DNA from: Spirochaetaceae bacterium
GTDB lineage: Bacteria; Spirochaetota; Spirochaetia; DSM-2461
Assembly (NCBI GenBank): GCA_051531975.1
Contig: JAOPTT010000002.1
Location: forward strand, 249,968 to 313,967
Direction of reading: 5' to 3'
Length of the DNA stretch: 64,000 nt
This document shows, piece after piece, positions 1-9,350 of this stretch. Position 1 is the first letter of the stretch; each line of letters starts with the position of its first letter. Made by a program: the position numbers and the translations under genes. The notes beneath the pieces were generated by a model that was given only the letters and a program-made list of their open reading frames with translations, was not told the origin of the DNA and made no database searches.

Positions 1-24
1 TAGTAGCCCATGAACACTCATCAT
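1..24 (-). CDS. Possible 5' end of a gene running off the window edge (MMSVHGLL...)
   Basis: ATG 1 nt downstream of the stop of the 26..1123 gene, with GAGGA upstream; only 8 codons visible. Confidence 0.35.
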
Positions 25-25
25 A

Positions 26-1123
26 TTAATTATCCTCAAATGTAGGAATTATAAACTTCTCTTTTAGATTTAATTCATTGTTCATGATTTCATATAAATA
101 ATAATATTGGTTATGGGCGTCTCCAAAAGAGTCAATTCTGACCTTCCCAAAAGACCAATCGATTACTCTATTTTCACTTAGATATTTTAGTAAGTTATCT
201 CTATTATCTCCTACCTGTTCTATAACATTATATATATATTCCATTGAGGACAGTGTTAGAGTTGATACAAAAGAAGATTTAATTCTATAGTTTTCTTCAA
301 ACTCTATTGTTAGTTTTTCAAAATAATCCTCTTGTTTATCCCCGGAAGGCGTGATCACAATCAGGTTATTAAGAATATCTCCAGAAAAAACAGATTCTAA
401 TTGTTGATGTCCCCAAGTTGATGTCATTCTTACAATATCTGGTAAATCATCGTATATAGGTTGCAAGTATTGCATCATTTCACAAGTTGATAATATAAAA
501 AAGATGCCGTCTGGTCTTAGATTAATAATTTTTTGTGGATCTGGATGATCTACATCATTAAAAACTTTTATTCCTTCTCCATTAAAGTTTTTTATAAAGG
601 CATCGGCTAGAGGTTCACTATAGGCCCTATTTTGCTCAGATAACAGCATCACTATACGTTTTAAATTGGTAGTATTAAGATACTCTGCAGGGTATTGTCC
701 TTGAATATAATTAGAAGCAATTAGTCTATAAAAGTTGTCTTTTTTATTAGATAGTTGGACTGATGATGTCGATGGGCTAAAAAATGGAACATCTCTAATT
801 GAATCATCATTAGCAATAACAACACCTGTTGCACTTATTGCAGCTCCTATAATTATAGAGACTCCCTCTTCATATAATTTGTGATAAGCTTCTTTTATAG
901 ATGTCTCTTCTAGTGTTGGATTTTCTATAATAAGCTTAACTGGCCTTAAACCTATTTTAGGGTACTTATGATTATAAAATTGAACAGCAAGGTTCTCTTC
1001 ATTTCCAGTTGAAGTTTCTAATGAGAATAGAACACCTATTTTAATAGGTCGTCTTAACCATAAAATACCTGAAAGCACTACGATAAGAATTAAACTTATT
1101 ACGATTATTAACTTTTTAGACAC
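26..1123 (-). CDS. Periplasmic binding protein type 1 (branched-chain amino acid/LivJ-like) with N-terminal membrane anchor
   Basis: Hydrophobic N-terminus, then PIKIGVLFSL, IIGAAIS, SPSTSSVQLS..DNFYRL, G.VRIDSFGD; GTG start. Confidence 0.75.
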   Translation of the reverse strand: MSKKLIIVISLILIVVLSGILWLRRPIKIGVLFSLETSTGNEENLAVQFYNHKYPKIGLRPVKLIIENPTLEETSIKEAYHKLYEEGVSIIIGAAISATGVVIANDDSIRDVPFFSPSTSSVQLSNKKDNFYRLIASNYIQGQYPAEYLNTTNLKRIVMLLSEQNRAYSEPLADAFIKNFNGEGIKVFNDVDHPDPQKIINLRPDGIFFILSTCEMMQYLQPIYDDLPDIVRMTSTWGHQQLESVFSGDILNNLIVITPSGDKQEDYFEKLTIEFEENYRIKSSFVSTLTLSSMEYIYNVIEQVGDNRDNLLKYLSENRVIDWSFGKVRIDSFGDAHNQYYYLYEIMNNELNLKEKFIIPTFEDN

Positions 1124-1263
1124 TTTTAGCCTCTATATATAAAGCTAAATTAAAGTGATATAAAATGCAAATTTAACAAATATAAACCCTATAAACTTGA
1201 ATAGTTATCATCTATCCGTATTTATTACGACTAAAAACAGTAATAACATGGGTAATTTTAGTA

Positions 1264-1863
1264 TTAAGTTATTATATCATTGAGAATATCCTCTAAACTA
1301 TGGCTATCTAATATTTCAATTTTACCTGCTACTTTTTTAATTATACCTTCCTGGGTCATTGCAGATAATGTCCTTGAGACAGCTTCTCTTGAGCTCCCTA
1401 TTTTATTTGCAAGAGAAGAAATTGTTGGGGATTCAATTAATTTATTACTATTATAAAGTAGTAGATATGAGATCTTCTGCTTAACAGTTTTAAGGCTTAA
1501 AATCTCAATAGTATTTGTTAAGCCAGAGACCTTATTAGAAACACATTTTAAAAATGAAAGTGTTTCTCCTTCCTGTTTTAGGTTTTTTAGTAATGATTCT
1601 AAACCAACCTCAACTACAATGGATTCTTCATTGGCAATTATCCAACCTGGATAGTTATCTCCTGAAAAAACAAGTAGATCAGCAAATAGATCTCCAGCTA
1701 TAAACTCTTTTAATACGATCTCTTTACCAGATTTTAACATACGGACTATTCGAATTGAACCTTTTTCAACTCTACCAATATATTTACATTTTTCATCCGA
1801 TGTATAAAGAACATCCCCTGGTTCAAGTTTTGAAAATTTACCATTATTAAATAGAGAATCCAT
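1264..1863 (-). CDS. Crp/Fnr-family transcriptional regulator (HcpR-like)
   Basis: cNMP-type domain (GSIRIVR..SGKEIVL..GDLF) and C-terminal HTH LANKIGSSREAVSRTLS. Confidence 0.9.
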   Translation of the reverse strand: MDSLFNNGKFSKLEPGDVLYTSDEKCKYIGRVEKGSIRIVRMLKSGKEIVLKEFIAGDLFADLLVFSGDNYPGWIIANEESIVVEVGLESLLKNLKQEGETLSFLKCVSNKVSGLTNTIEILSLKTVKQKISYLLLYNSNKLIESPTISSLANKIGSSREAVSRTLSAMTQEGIIKKVAGKIEILDSHSLEDILNDIIT

Positions 1864-2177
1864 TATAGAATTTTTACAACCATTACCCTTAAGACCTTAT
1901 CTTTATTATAGTTTTCAATTCCATGGGGAATATTTTTTGGACTTTCCACTACAGAATCTTTATCTGCTCTCTCACGCTCATCCCCAATCTCTATCCATGC
2001 CTCTCCTTCTAAAATATAAAAGAATACATCCACAGGTGTAGAGTGTGTTTCAAGTTTCGCTCCAGGATTCAGTGTTAAATGCATAACTTTTAACCTTGGG
2101 TCATCGAATATTTTTTGCGCTTTAACTCCATTTATAGTTTTCATAACTTCTCCATCAAATGCTTTACTTACTTTCAT
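1863..2177 (-). CDS. Cupin-domain protein
   Basis: HSTP.DVFFYILEG and PKNIPH motifs; start moved to ATG 2177, which follows GAGGAG. Confidence 0.85.
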   Translation of the reverse strand: MKVSKAFDGEVMKTINGVKAQKIFDDPRLKVMHLTLNPGAKLETHSTPVDVFFYILEGEAWIEIGDERERADKDSVVESPKNIPHGIENYNKDKVLRVMVVKIL

Positions 2178-2832
2178 AATCATTCTCCTCATTTTTTTTT
2201 AGTATAATACAATCCATTATATTTTTATCATTAGCCTCAACTGCTAATGCAAAATCAATACAACTTAAATAACCACAAGCTCCACAATTTAAATTAGGTA
2301 AAGATGAAACTATATCCTGATTATTCTCTTCAGTTATCTCATCTCTTTTAATTAGTTTCTCTACTAAAAGGCTCATAATATATATTGCAGGAACTGTTAA
2401 AACAAAACGTATCGCTGTAAATTTTATTCCAAGAAAACTTGTTTCCACAAAAAGCATAGGTATTTTAATAACAGCCCAAGAACTTAAAATGATAACCATA
2501 TTAGAAATACTTGCACCTTTTTTAAATAGAACTAAAACTGCAGGGAAAGCTGCATATATAGGTCCAGCGGAAATAGCACCAATAAAAAATGATAATAACC
2601 TACCCTTAATACCTGACTGTTCTCCTAATCCTTTACGTATTACACTAGAGGGAACCCAGACTGTAATTAATGCTGTAATAACAAGAACAGGTGGTAAAAC
2701 CTGGATCATCTCTAATAAAAACCCTTTGGTTATGTTTATGGCATTAAAAAAAAGATCACTTCTAAAAATTAACAGACCTATATATAAAATTATAGCTATT
2801 ATTATTAATTTAAACTTCTTTATATGTTTCAT
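2164..2832 (-). CDS. Predicted permease (DUF318/ArsP-like) with C-terminal Fe-S binding domain
   Basis: Hydrophobic protein with SAGPIYAAFP and SSWAVIKIPM; C-terminal LPNLNCGACGYLSC..FA...C resembles the RnfB/AcsC-type FeS motif. Confidence 0.8.
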   Translation of the reverse strand: MKHIKKFKLIIIAIILYIGLLIFRSDLFFNAINITKGFLLEMIQVLPPVLVITALITVWVPSSVIRKGLGEQSGIKGRLLSFFIGAISAGPIYAAFPAVLVLFKKGASISNMVIILSSWAVIKIPMLFVETSFLGIKFTAIRFVLTVPAIYIMSLLVEKLIKRDEITEENNQDIVSSLPNLNCGACGYLSCIDFALAVEANDKNIMDCIILKKNEENDYESK

Positions 2833-3305
2833 AATAATAGCCCCATTCCAAATGCAATGATTAAAGCCATAGCAAAACTAATAACATTCCTAATAAGTGT
2901 AAACTTAATACCAAAATGCTTGATTTCAATTGGAAACGTTGCTACTCCTACCATGGTTAATGTTGTTAAAAAAGAGGCTATAGCTACTAAATGAGCTCCA
3001 CTTATATAAAGTGATTTTGAGAGAGGGAAAGCAATAAAGGCAGGCATTATTGTTATTGTCCCAATAATTGCTCCATATATAGAACTGAGTAATTTACTAC
3101 TGCTACCTAGTAGATTTTTTATTAAATCCGGTGGTAATAGTGCTAAAATAAAACCAACTATTGCCATTACACCTAAAATTTCAACAAAAGTATTGATAAA
3201 CATTCCTTTTGCAAATTTAACTGCTTGCCTTGTTTTAGATCTACTTTTTGTAATAGAAAACAAAAGAAAAGACAAAGCTATTATTATCATTATTACCGTC
3301 GTCAT
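2829..3305 (-). CDS. Predicted permease, partner subunit
   Basis: GTITIMPAFIAFP, TTLTMVGVATFPIE..FG.KFT..RN; 4-nt overlap with the next gene. Confidence 0.8.
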   Translation of the reverse strand: MTTVIMIIIALSFLLFSITKSRSKTRQAVKFAKGMFINTFVEILGVMAIVGFILALLPPDLIKNLLGSSSKLLSSIYGAIIGTITIMPAFIAFPLSKSLYISGAHLVAIASFLTTLTMVGVATFPIEIKHFGIKFTLIRNVISFAMALIIAFGMGLLL

Positions 3306-3348
3306 ATATACCCTCTATTTAATAATAGATTAAGTTATACTAACAGTC

Positions 3349-3364
3349 TGTGATAATTATCACA
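3349..3364. promoter_or_regulatory. Crp/Fnr-type operator TGTGATAATTATCACA
   Basis: Perfect 16-bp palindrome matching TGTGA-N6-TCACA, 44 bp upstream of the permease operon that encodes a Crp-family regulator. Confidence 0.8.
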
Positions 3365-3377
3365 TTTTTTAATTTTA

Positions 3378-5027
3378 TTATATCTTAGGTAGGTAACTAA
3401 AACTAGAAAACTCCGCCCATTTCTTTTGTCTATCAAAATCGTGGGCTGTCATACCAACAAATGTTCCATCAAAAGCACCTGGCCCACTATTTGTAAATTC
3501 ATCTGATAAAACTGTACTATCCATATCAAATCCTACTCTTTTAAAATCAATAGCATTATTAGAGAAATAGAAACTAATTGTAGATCCTGATAATGATATT
3601 TTTAAAGTTATCTCTCCAGAATATGGCAAAACTGTTCGTGCCTCTTCATGTTTTTCCCCATTTAAACTAACCATAAGACCTAATGCTGGGGATTTTAAAG
3701 TTTCGCTATAATAATAACGTAGATAGTAGAATGTCATACTTCCTGTTTGTATAACTAGACCTGCCATTTGTCTGCAGTTTTCTGGTTCAAAATCCATTGT
3801 TGTCAAAATATCACAGTGTAAATGTTGGACCCTTCTAGAAACTAAAGATAGATCATGGGCTGAATATGGAGAGTTTCGTCCCCTTAGGCTTAATACTCCA
3901 ACTTTATTACTTAAACTACACCAACTTTCATCTAATATATTTTTTAAGGAATAGAAGTTTTCTGGTAGTTTTTTCATGTTAAAATTTACAGTACCTGGTT
4001 CTGTTACATCAATATATTCACCTTCAGAATGATTAAAAGATACATGCTTTTTAGGCTTAGAATCTCCAGAAATAAGAATAGGCCAATCATTAACCCATTC
4101 AATTTTTTGGATACTAGTTTCCCTATTTAATACACATCTCATCTGGGGCATTATAGGTTGGGCTGAGAGATGAAATAAGACACCTTCACCATCAACTGTA
4201 TCTATAATTGAACCATGTCCAGATTTTTGTAATTCCGCACCAGGATTATAAAATTGAGGTTTTAAAAAATCTGAATCTGGTTTTGGTTTATCTGGATCAA
4301 CATTAAGTCTAGAAGTTATTAATGGACCATTGGTGGACTCAACATATGGACCTAAAACAGATCTTGATCTAGCTATTTTTACTGCATGCCCATATCCTGT
4401 TCCCCCCTCTGCAGTCAACAAAAAGTACCAGTCATTTCTTTTGTAGAGATGTGGTCCTTCAGTACAACCAAACTTAACATTACCTGTGTATATTATTTTG
4501 GATTCAGATTTTAAACTTAAGGTTTTAATATCAAGTTCTTGAATAATAATTGGCCCTGGATGTGGATAGTTATCTCTAAACTCCCAAGCTAAGTTTAATA
4601 ACCAACTTTTACCATCATCATCATGGAAAATAGACGGATCAAAACCACTGGAGTTAAGATATGTAGGTTCTGACCATGGACCTTCTATATTATCAGCATA
4701 GACAACATAATTATTTAGATCAAAAAAAGAACTACTCAAACTTTTAACATCAGTATAAGTTAAATAGAACTTTTTTTCCTCGGAATTATAACTTATTTGT
4801 GGGGCCCATACACCAGTGGAATCTTGGTTCCCCCGTAGGTCTAGTTGGGAAAGTCTATCTAAAATATTTCTAACCAACCTCCAGTTTTTTAAGTCTGTAG
4901 AATGATAGAGACTTACACCGTTACACCAGTTAAATGTACTAGTAACAACGTAATAATCTGAACCTACTCTTAAAGCAGAAGGGTCAGCATTAAATCCTGG
5001 TAAAATTGGGTTTATAATATTTATCAT
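3378..5027 (-). CDS. GH43 beta-xylosidase/arabinofuranosidase
   Basis: NPILPGFNADPS, WAP, GFDPS, TEGPHLYK, AEGGT plus C-terminal beta-sandwich. Confidence 0.92.
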   Translation of the reverse strand: MINIINPILPGFNADPSALRVGSDYYVVTSTFNWCNGVSLYHSTDLKNWRLVRNILDRLSQLDLRGNQDSTGVWAPQISYNSEEKKFYLTYTDVKSLSSSFFDLNNYVVYADNIEGPWSEPTYLNSSGFDPSIFHDDDGKSWLLNLAWEFRDNYPHPGPIIIQELDIKTLSLKSESKIIYTGNVKFGCTEGPHLYKRNDWYFLLTAEGGTGYGHAVKIARSRSVLGPYVESTNGPLITSRLNVDPDKPKPDSDFLKPQFYNPGAELQKSGHGSIIDTVDGEGVLFHLSAQPIMPQMRCVLNRETSIQKIEWVNDWPILISGDSKPKKHVSFNHSEGEYIDVTEPGTVNFNMKKLPENFYSLKNILDESWCSLSNKVGVLSLRGRNSPYSAHDLSLVSRRVQHLHCDILTTMDFEPENCRQMAGLVIQTGSMTFYYLRYYYSETLKSPALGLMVSLNGEKHEEARTVLPYSGEITLKISLSGSTISFYFSNNAIDFKRVGFDMDSTVLSDEFTNSGPGAFDGTFVGMTAHDFDRQKKWAEFSSFSYLPKI

Positions 5028-5029
5028 AT

Positions 5030-5854
5030 TTATCCTTTAACTGCACCTGCAGTAACTCCAGCAATAATTTGTTTAGAAAATATAATATAAATTGTGATAG
5101 GAATAATGGCAATTATCATCATACATGCAAACTGTACTGCGTAATCAGCACCATATTCACCCTCAAATTTTATTATTGAAAAAGGCAGTGTTCTTTTGAC
5201 TTCGGAAGTTAAAAATGTATTGGCCATAATAAACTCATTCCAACAATTTAAAAATGCCATAATACCAACGGTTACAAATCCAGCTTTTGACATTGGTGCT
5301 ACAATTTTAATTAAGATTGTAGGTAGACCTGCACCTTCTAAATAAGCAGATTCTTCCATGGCAAATGGTATTGATTGTATAAATCCAGAGAACATCAATA
5401 CACTAAATGCTAAAAAGAAAGCTGTATACGGAATAATTAATGCAAAATGGCTATTTATCAAACCAAATTCTTTAAACCACATAAAGTTAGGTAGCAGTGT
5501 TGTATGAATTGGAATAACCATACCTAATAAAACAAAACTATATACTAAATTACTTAATTTCCACTTCATTCTTTTGCAAGCATATGAGATCGTAAATGAA
5601 ATTATGATAATTAGAACTATTGATACTGAACAGACAAAAATACTGTTAAAAAGGTATTTTAATATGTTTCCATCAACCCAGGCTCTCTGATAGTTAATCC
5701 ATTGTGGTATTTCTGGAATATCAAATAATTTTTTACCAAATAAATTACTACTTTTTTGTAAAGAGTAGTTAAAAAGCCAAATTAATGGAAATAGTTGTAG
5801 TAGTGCAATTATAGTTAAGACACTATGTAATATTATAGATTTAAACTTTTTCAT
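5030..5854 (-). CDS. Carbohydrate ABC transporter permease
   Basis: EESAYLEGA (EAA loop), WNEF, ends GAVKG. Confidence 0.93.
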   Translation of the reverse strand: MKKFKSIILHSVLTIIALLQLFPLIWLFNYSLQKSSNLFGKKLFDIPEIPQWINYQRAWVDGNILKYLFNSIFVCSVSIVLIIIISFTISYACKRMKWKLSNLVYSFVLLGMVIPIHTTLLPNFMWFKEFGLINSHFALIIPYTAFFLAFSVLMFSGFIQSIPFAMEESAYLEGAGLPTILIKIVAPMSKAGFVTVGIMAFLNCWNEFIMANTFLTSEVKRTLPFSIIKFEGEYGADYAVQFACMMIIAIIPITIYIIFSKQIIAGVTAGAVKG

Positions 5855-6735
5855 TACTCTACCTCCCCTGCTAAATATTTGTTTGCTAACATAGTTAGTG
5901 TTAAAGCAATTATTACAAATACAATTGATATTGCATTTCCATAACCATATCTAGAGTACCTAAAAGCTTGTTCATATAAATGAAATGCAACAAACTGTGT
6001 TTGATTTCCAGGACCTCCACCAGTTGCTAACATTGGAATCTCCATCTGTTTTAGACAAGCAGTAATATCTATAATAATAACAGATGCAATAACTGGTAAC
6101 ATATGTGGGATAATTACGGACTTATACTTCTGAAAAGTATTTGCACCATCAACAGTGGCAGCCTCGTGTAACTCCTTTGGAACCGTGGTTAAACCTGAAT
6201 AATAAAAAAGTAGAGCCCATCCAAATCCGTGCCAAACAGTGATAAAAAGAACTGCTCCAAGTGCTGTTTTAGGATCACTTAGCCAGCTAAATTGTAATGA
6301 TTCTAAACCTATAGCCCCTAATAGTTTATTTATTAAACCATAGTTTGGGTTCATTAAACTTACCCAAAGTTTTGTTATAACAACAACTGTTAATATTGCA
6401 GGTATAAAATATATTGTCCTTAGAAACAGGGATTTTTTCTCGTTTAGTTTGTTTAAAGTAGCTGCAAGTATAAAAGCAAGTACGTTTTGTATAAAAATAG
6501 TAACTAATAAAAGAACTAGTGCATTTAATAATGATCTCCAGAATACTGGGTCTGCTGTTAATACCTCTTTATAGTTTTCAAAACCAATAAATGTTTTTGC
6601 TCCAAAACCTGACCAATCTGTAAAACTATAAAATATACTTAAAATAATTGGTGCTACTATGGCAAACATCATAATCAAGATCCCAGGACCTACTAGAAAA
6701 AGGATTGTTCGCTTATTTGTAAATAAATTCGTCAT
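5854..6735 (-). CDS. Carbohydrate ABC transporter permease
   Basis: SFTDWSG, FIGFENY, EAATVDGA, TGGGP. Confidence 0.93.
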   Translation of the reverse strand: MTNLFTNKRTILFLVGPGILIMMFAIVAPIILSIFYSFTDWSGFGAKTFIGFENYKEVLTADPVFWRSLLNALVLLLVTIFIQNVLAFILAATLNKLNEKKSLFLRTIYFIPAILTVVVITKLWVSLMNPNYGLINKLLGAIGLESLQFSWLSDPKTALGAVLFITVWHGFGWALLFYYSGLTTVPKELHEAATVDGANTFQKYKSVIIPHMLPVIASVIIIDITACLKQMEIPMLATGGGPGNQTQFVAFHLYEQAFRYSRYGYGNAISIVFVIIALTLTMLANKYLAGEVE

Positions 6736-6746
6736 ATAAAATCCTT

Positions 6747-6770
6747 AAAAAGCCCCCTCGGACGAGGGGA
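6747..6770 (-). terminator. Intra-operon GC hairpin with U-tract after the solute-binding protein gene
   Basis: Minus strand reads TCCCCTC-GTCC-GAGGGGGC-TTTTT. Confidence 0.65.
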
Positions 6771-6779
6771 CTATATCTA

Positions 6780-8075
6780 TTATTTAATTGCTTTTTGTAA
6801 AGCTGCATCCATTGCGGCACAGAACTCTTCTGGAGTAATGATTCCAATAGCTAAGTCTTTACACAGTTTCTGATTAGTCTCTTTAAATGCTGGTGTTAAC
6901 ATATCTAAAGCAGCAGCACCACTTGTAGCTTTTGCATCAGCAGCTATACCTAATAGGTCTTTTGCTACAGCTGTATCTTTAGCTGTTGGAGTTACAGCTT
7001 GTGCTGGGAAACCAGCCTGTAATTCCCATACAATATCTGCATGGATTTTTGCATATAGTTCTAAATACTCTAATGCTAAATCTTTATGTTCACTATCAGC
7101 TTTAACTATATAGTTACCACCATACCATGCAAATAGATCGTTTATACCACTCTCTTTACCCTTGGCAGTTGGGAATTTTGCAGCTCGAACATTTGCTCTG
7201 AAGTCTTCAGAGAAGTTTTCGTCGTTAGCCATACCCATTTCCCAAGCACCCATAATATACATAGCGGCTTGTTCCTGACCAAATAGGTTTCTAGCAGCTC
7301 CATAATCAGTTGTTGTTAAATCGTTTTGGAAGATACCATCGTTTAAAAAGAAATCTTGATAAGCTGTAGCAGCATCTACAAAAACTTTATCTGTAAAACT
7401 ACCTTTACCTTTTAGAACATCAGCCATAATTGAATAATCACCAGAAACTCTCCAGAAAATATTGTCAAAGGAGATACTTAAAGGCCAACCGTCTTTACCA
7501 TCGGTTACTGCAGGAATAAATCCAGCTTCAGATAATTGACCAGAGACCTCTTTCATACCTTCTAACGTTGTAGGCATTTCTAGACCTAACTTGTCAAAAA
7601 TTCCTTTATTGTAAAATACAACCCAAAGGTCTGCAGACATTGGGATACCATATAATTCACCATCGTAAATATTACCGTCTAATGCTCCTGGGATCCAAGG
7701 ATATTTTTCAAAGGATGCTTTATCTAAAGGCTCAACAATTTTACTATCAACTAGTGGTTTTAATAGAGTTGAAAAACTCCAATACTTCATTACATCTGGT
7801 AATTGGTCAGCAGTTGCATAGATCTTTATCTTTTCCTGATAAACCTGATCCTGGTAACTTTCAACTTCGAATGTAACTTCTGGGTGCAACTTCATAAACT
7901 CTTTGTTTACGGCTTCAGCTACTGCGCCCATACCTACGTTTCGATCAGGTAAATTATCACCCATTCTGATTACAACAGATTCATCTTTAACTTCGTTTTG
8001 TCCACTTGCAAAAAGAGATCCAGTTGTTACTAAAAGAATTAATAAAATTGAAAAAACATTGTGCCTACGTCTCAT
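6780..8075 (-). CDS. Sugar ABC transporter solute-binding protein
   Basis: Signal peptide followed by FASGQNE; LPDV, DGELYGIP, FYNK..F; AGGAGG RBS. Confidence 0.92.
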   Translation of the reverse strand: MRRRHNVFSILLILLVTTGSLFASGQNEVKDESVVIRMGDNLPDRNVGMGAVAEAVNKEFMKLHPEVTFEVESYQDQVYQEKIKIYATADQLPDVMKYWSFSTLLKPLVDSKIVEPLDKASFEKYPWIPGALDGNIYDGELYGIPMSADLWVVFYNKGIFDKLGLEMPTTLEGMKEVSGQLSEAGFIPAVTDGKDGWPLSISFDNIFWRVSGDYSIMADVLKGKGSFTDKVFVDAATAYQDFFLNDGIFQNDLTTTDYGAARNLFGQEQAAMYIMGAWEMGMANDENFSEDFRANVRAAKFPTAKGKESGINDLFAWYGGNYIVKADSEHKDLALEYLELYAKIHADIVWELQAGFPAQAVTPTAKDTAVAKDLLGIAADAKATSGAAALDMLTPAFKETNQKLCKDLAIGIITPEEFCAAMDAALQKAIK

Positions 8076-8171
8076 GGCATCCTCCTAAATTTTTGTTAAC
8101 TACAATAATGCTAACACTGGAATTTCCATAACACCATGAACCTAAATACTATTTCTTGATCATTATTATGA

Positions 8172-9350
8172 TTATAAAGCTCTATTCTTAGAATATTTGT
8201 TAGGAGTGGTATTAGTTACTTTTTTAAAAATCCTAGAAAAGTGCTCAACATTAGGATACCCAACAGCCTCACTTATTTCATAAACTTTTAGGTTTGTATC
8301 AGTTAATAATTTCTTAGCTTCGTTTACTCGAACTTTCATTACATAATCCCTAAATGTTATACCAGCCTCTTTCTTAAATTGAGCGCTTAAATGATTTTTT
8401 GAGATCTCTACATAGGTACTTACTTCTTCTAGAGATAGTTGGCTATTGTTATAATGCTCCCTTATATATTTTTTAGATCTTCTGACCATTCTACTTTCGC
8501 TTCGTTCCATTGATTTAATATATTTATACAATTCTGGTAATGTTTTAATATCTTCAGCTTCATAACTTACAAAATAATCTAAATTTATTCCTAGACCATC
8601 GTATATTATACTTAAAAAATCCTTACAAAATGACTTACAATAACTTTCTGGAGTCTTATTATCATTAACTTCTAATATACAAACCCACTCTTTTTTATTT
8701 ATTGGAGTAAAATAACCTTTCCCTCGTTTTTTTAAAAACTGTTTACCTTGAATTGTTATTAAGTCGGGAATACTCTGTTCCTCTTTTCTAATTTCGCTAT
8801 AAGGATCTGTTATTGAGCATAATATGAGAGGTGGTTCAATTTTAATATTAATATCATCTAACAAGGTTAGTGTATTATAAAAGTTCTTGTTTTCAAGTAG
8901 ATCTATTATTAATTTATGACCCATATAATCTAAGTCCTTTTTTTTAACAACCGATGATTTATCCACCCTAGAAGAGACCTCTGTACTACTCTTTTTTAAT
9001 ATAGATAACAGACTTTCTTCATCTATATCCATCTTTAAGATATAATCTATTGCACCTAACTGAAATGATTTTCTAACATAGTCATACTGATCATTAGCAC
9101 TTAATACAATAACTCCACCCTTAAAGTCTGTTTGTGGTAACTGCTCTAAAAAACCTATTCCATTAAGTTTTGGCATGTGCATATCTAAGAGAATAATATC
9201 TATTTCTGTTCCATTATTTATTATTTCAAGTGCTTCTAAACCATTAGAAGCTTCTGCAACAAAGGAAAAATTGTGCTCCTCCCAGTTGGAGAAAGATAAA
9301 ATAGATGCTCGAACTAATGGTTCATCGTCTATTATCATTACGTTAATCAA
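8172..9350 (-). CDS. Response regulator, REC + AraC HTH (YesN-like)
   Basis: IIDDE, LLDMHMP, DYILK and a C-terminal AraC domain; start moved to TTG 9350, which follows GGGAG. Confidence 0.9.
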   Translation of the reverse strand: MINVMIIDDEPLVRASILSFSNWEEHNFSFVAEASNGLEALEIINNGTEIDIILLDMHMPKLNGIGFLEQLPQTDFKGGVIVLSANDQYDYVRKSFQLGAIDYILKMDIDEESLLSILKKSSTEVSSRVDKSSVVKKKDLDYMGHKLIIDLLENKNFYNTLTLLDDINIKIEPPLILCSITDPYSEIRKEEQSIPDLITIQGKQFLKKRGKGYFTPINKKEWVCILEVNDNKTPESYCKSFCKDFLSIIYDGLGINLDYFVSYEAEDIKTLPELYKYIKSMERSESRMVRRSKKYIREHYNNSQLSLEEVSTYVEISKNHLSAQFKKEAGITFRDYVMKVRVNEAKKLLTDTNLKVYEISEAVGYPNVEHFSRIFKKVTNTTPNKYSKNRAL

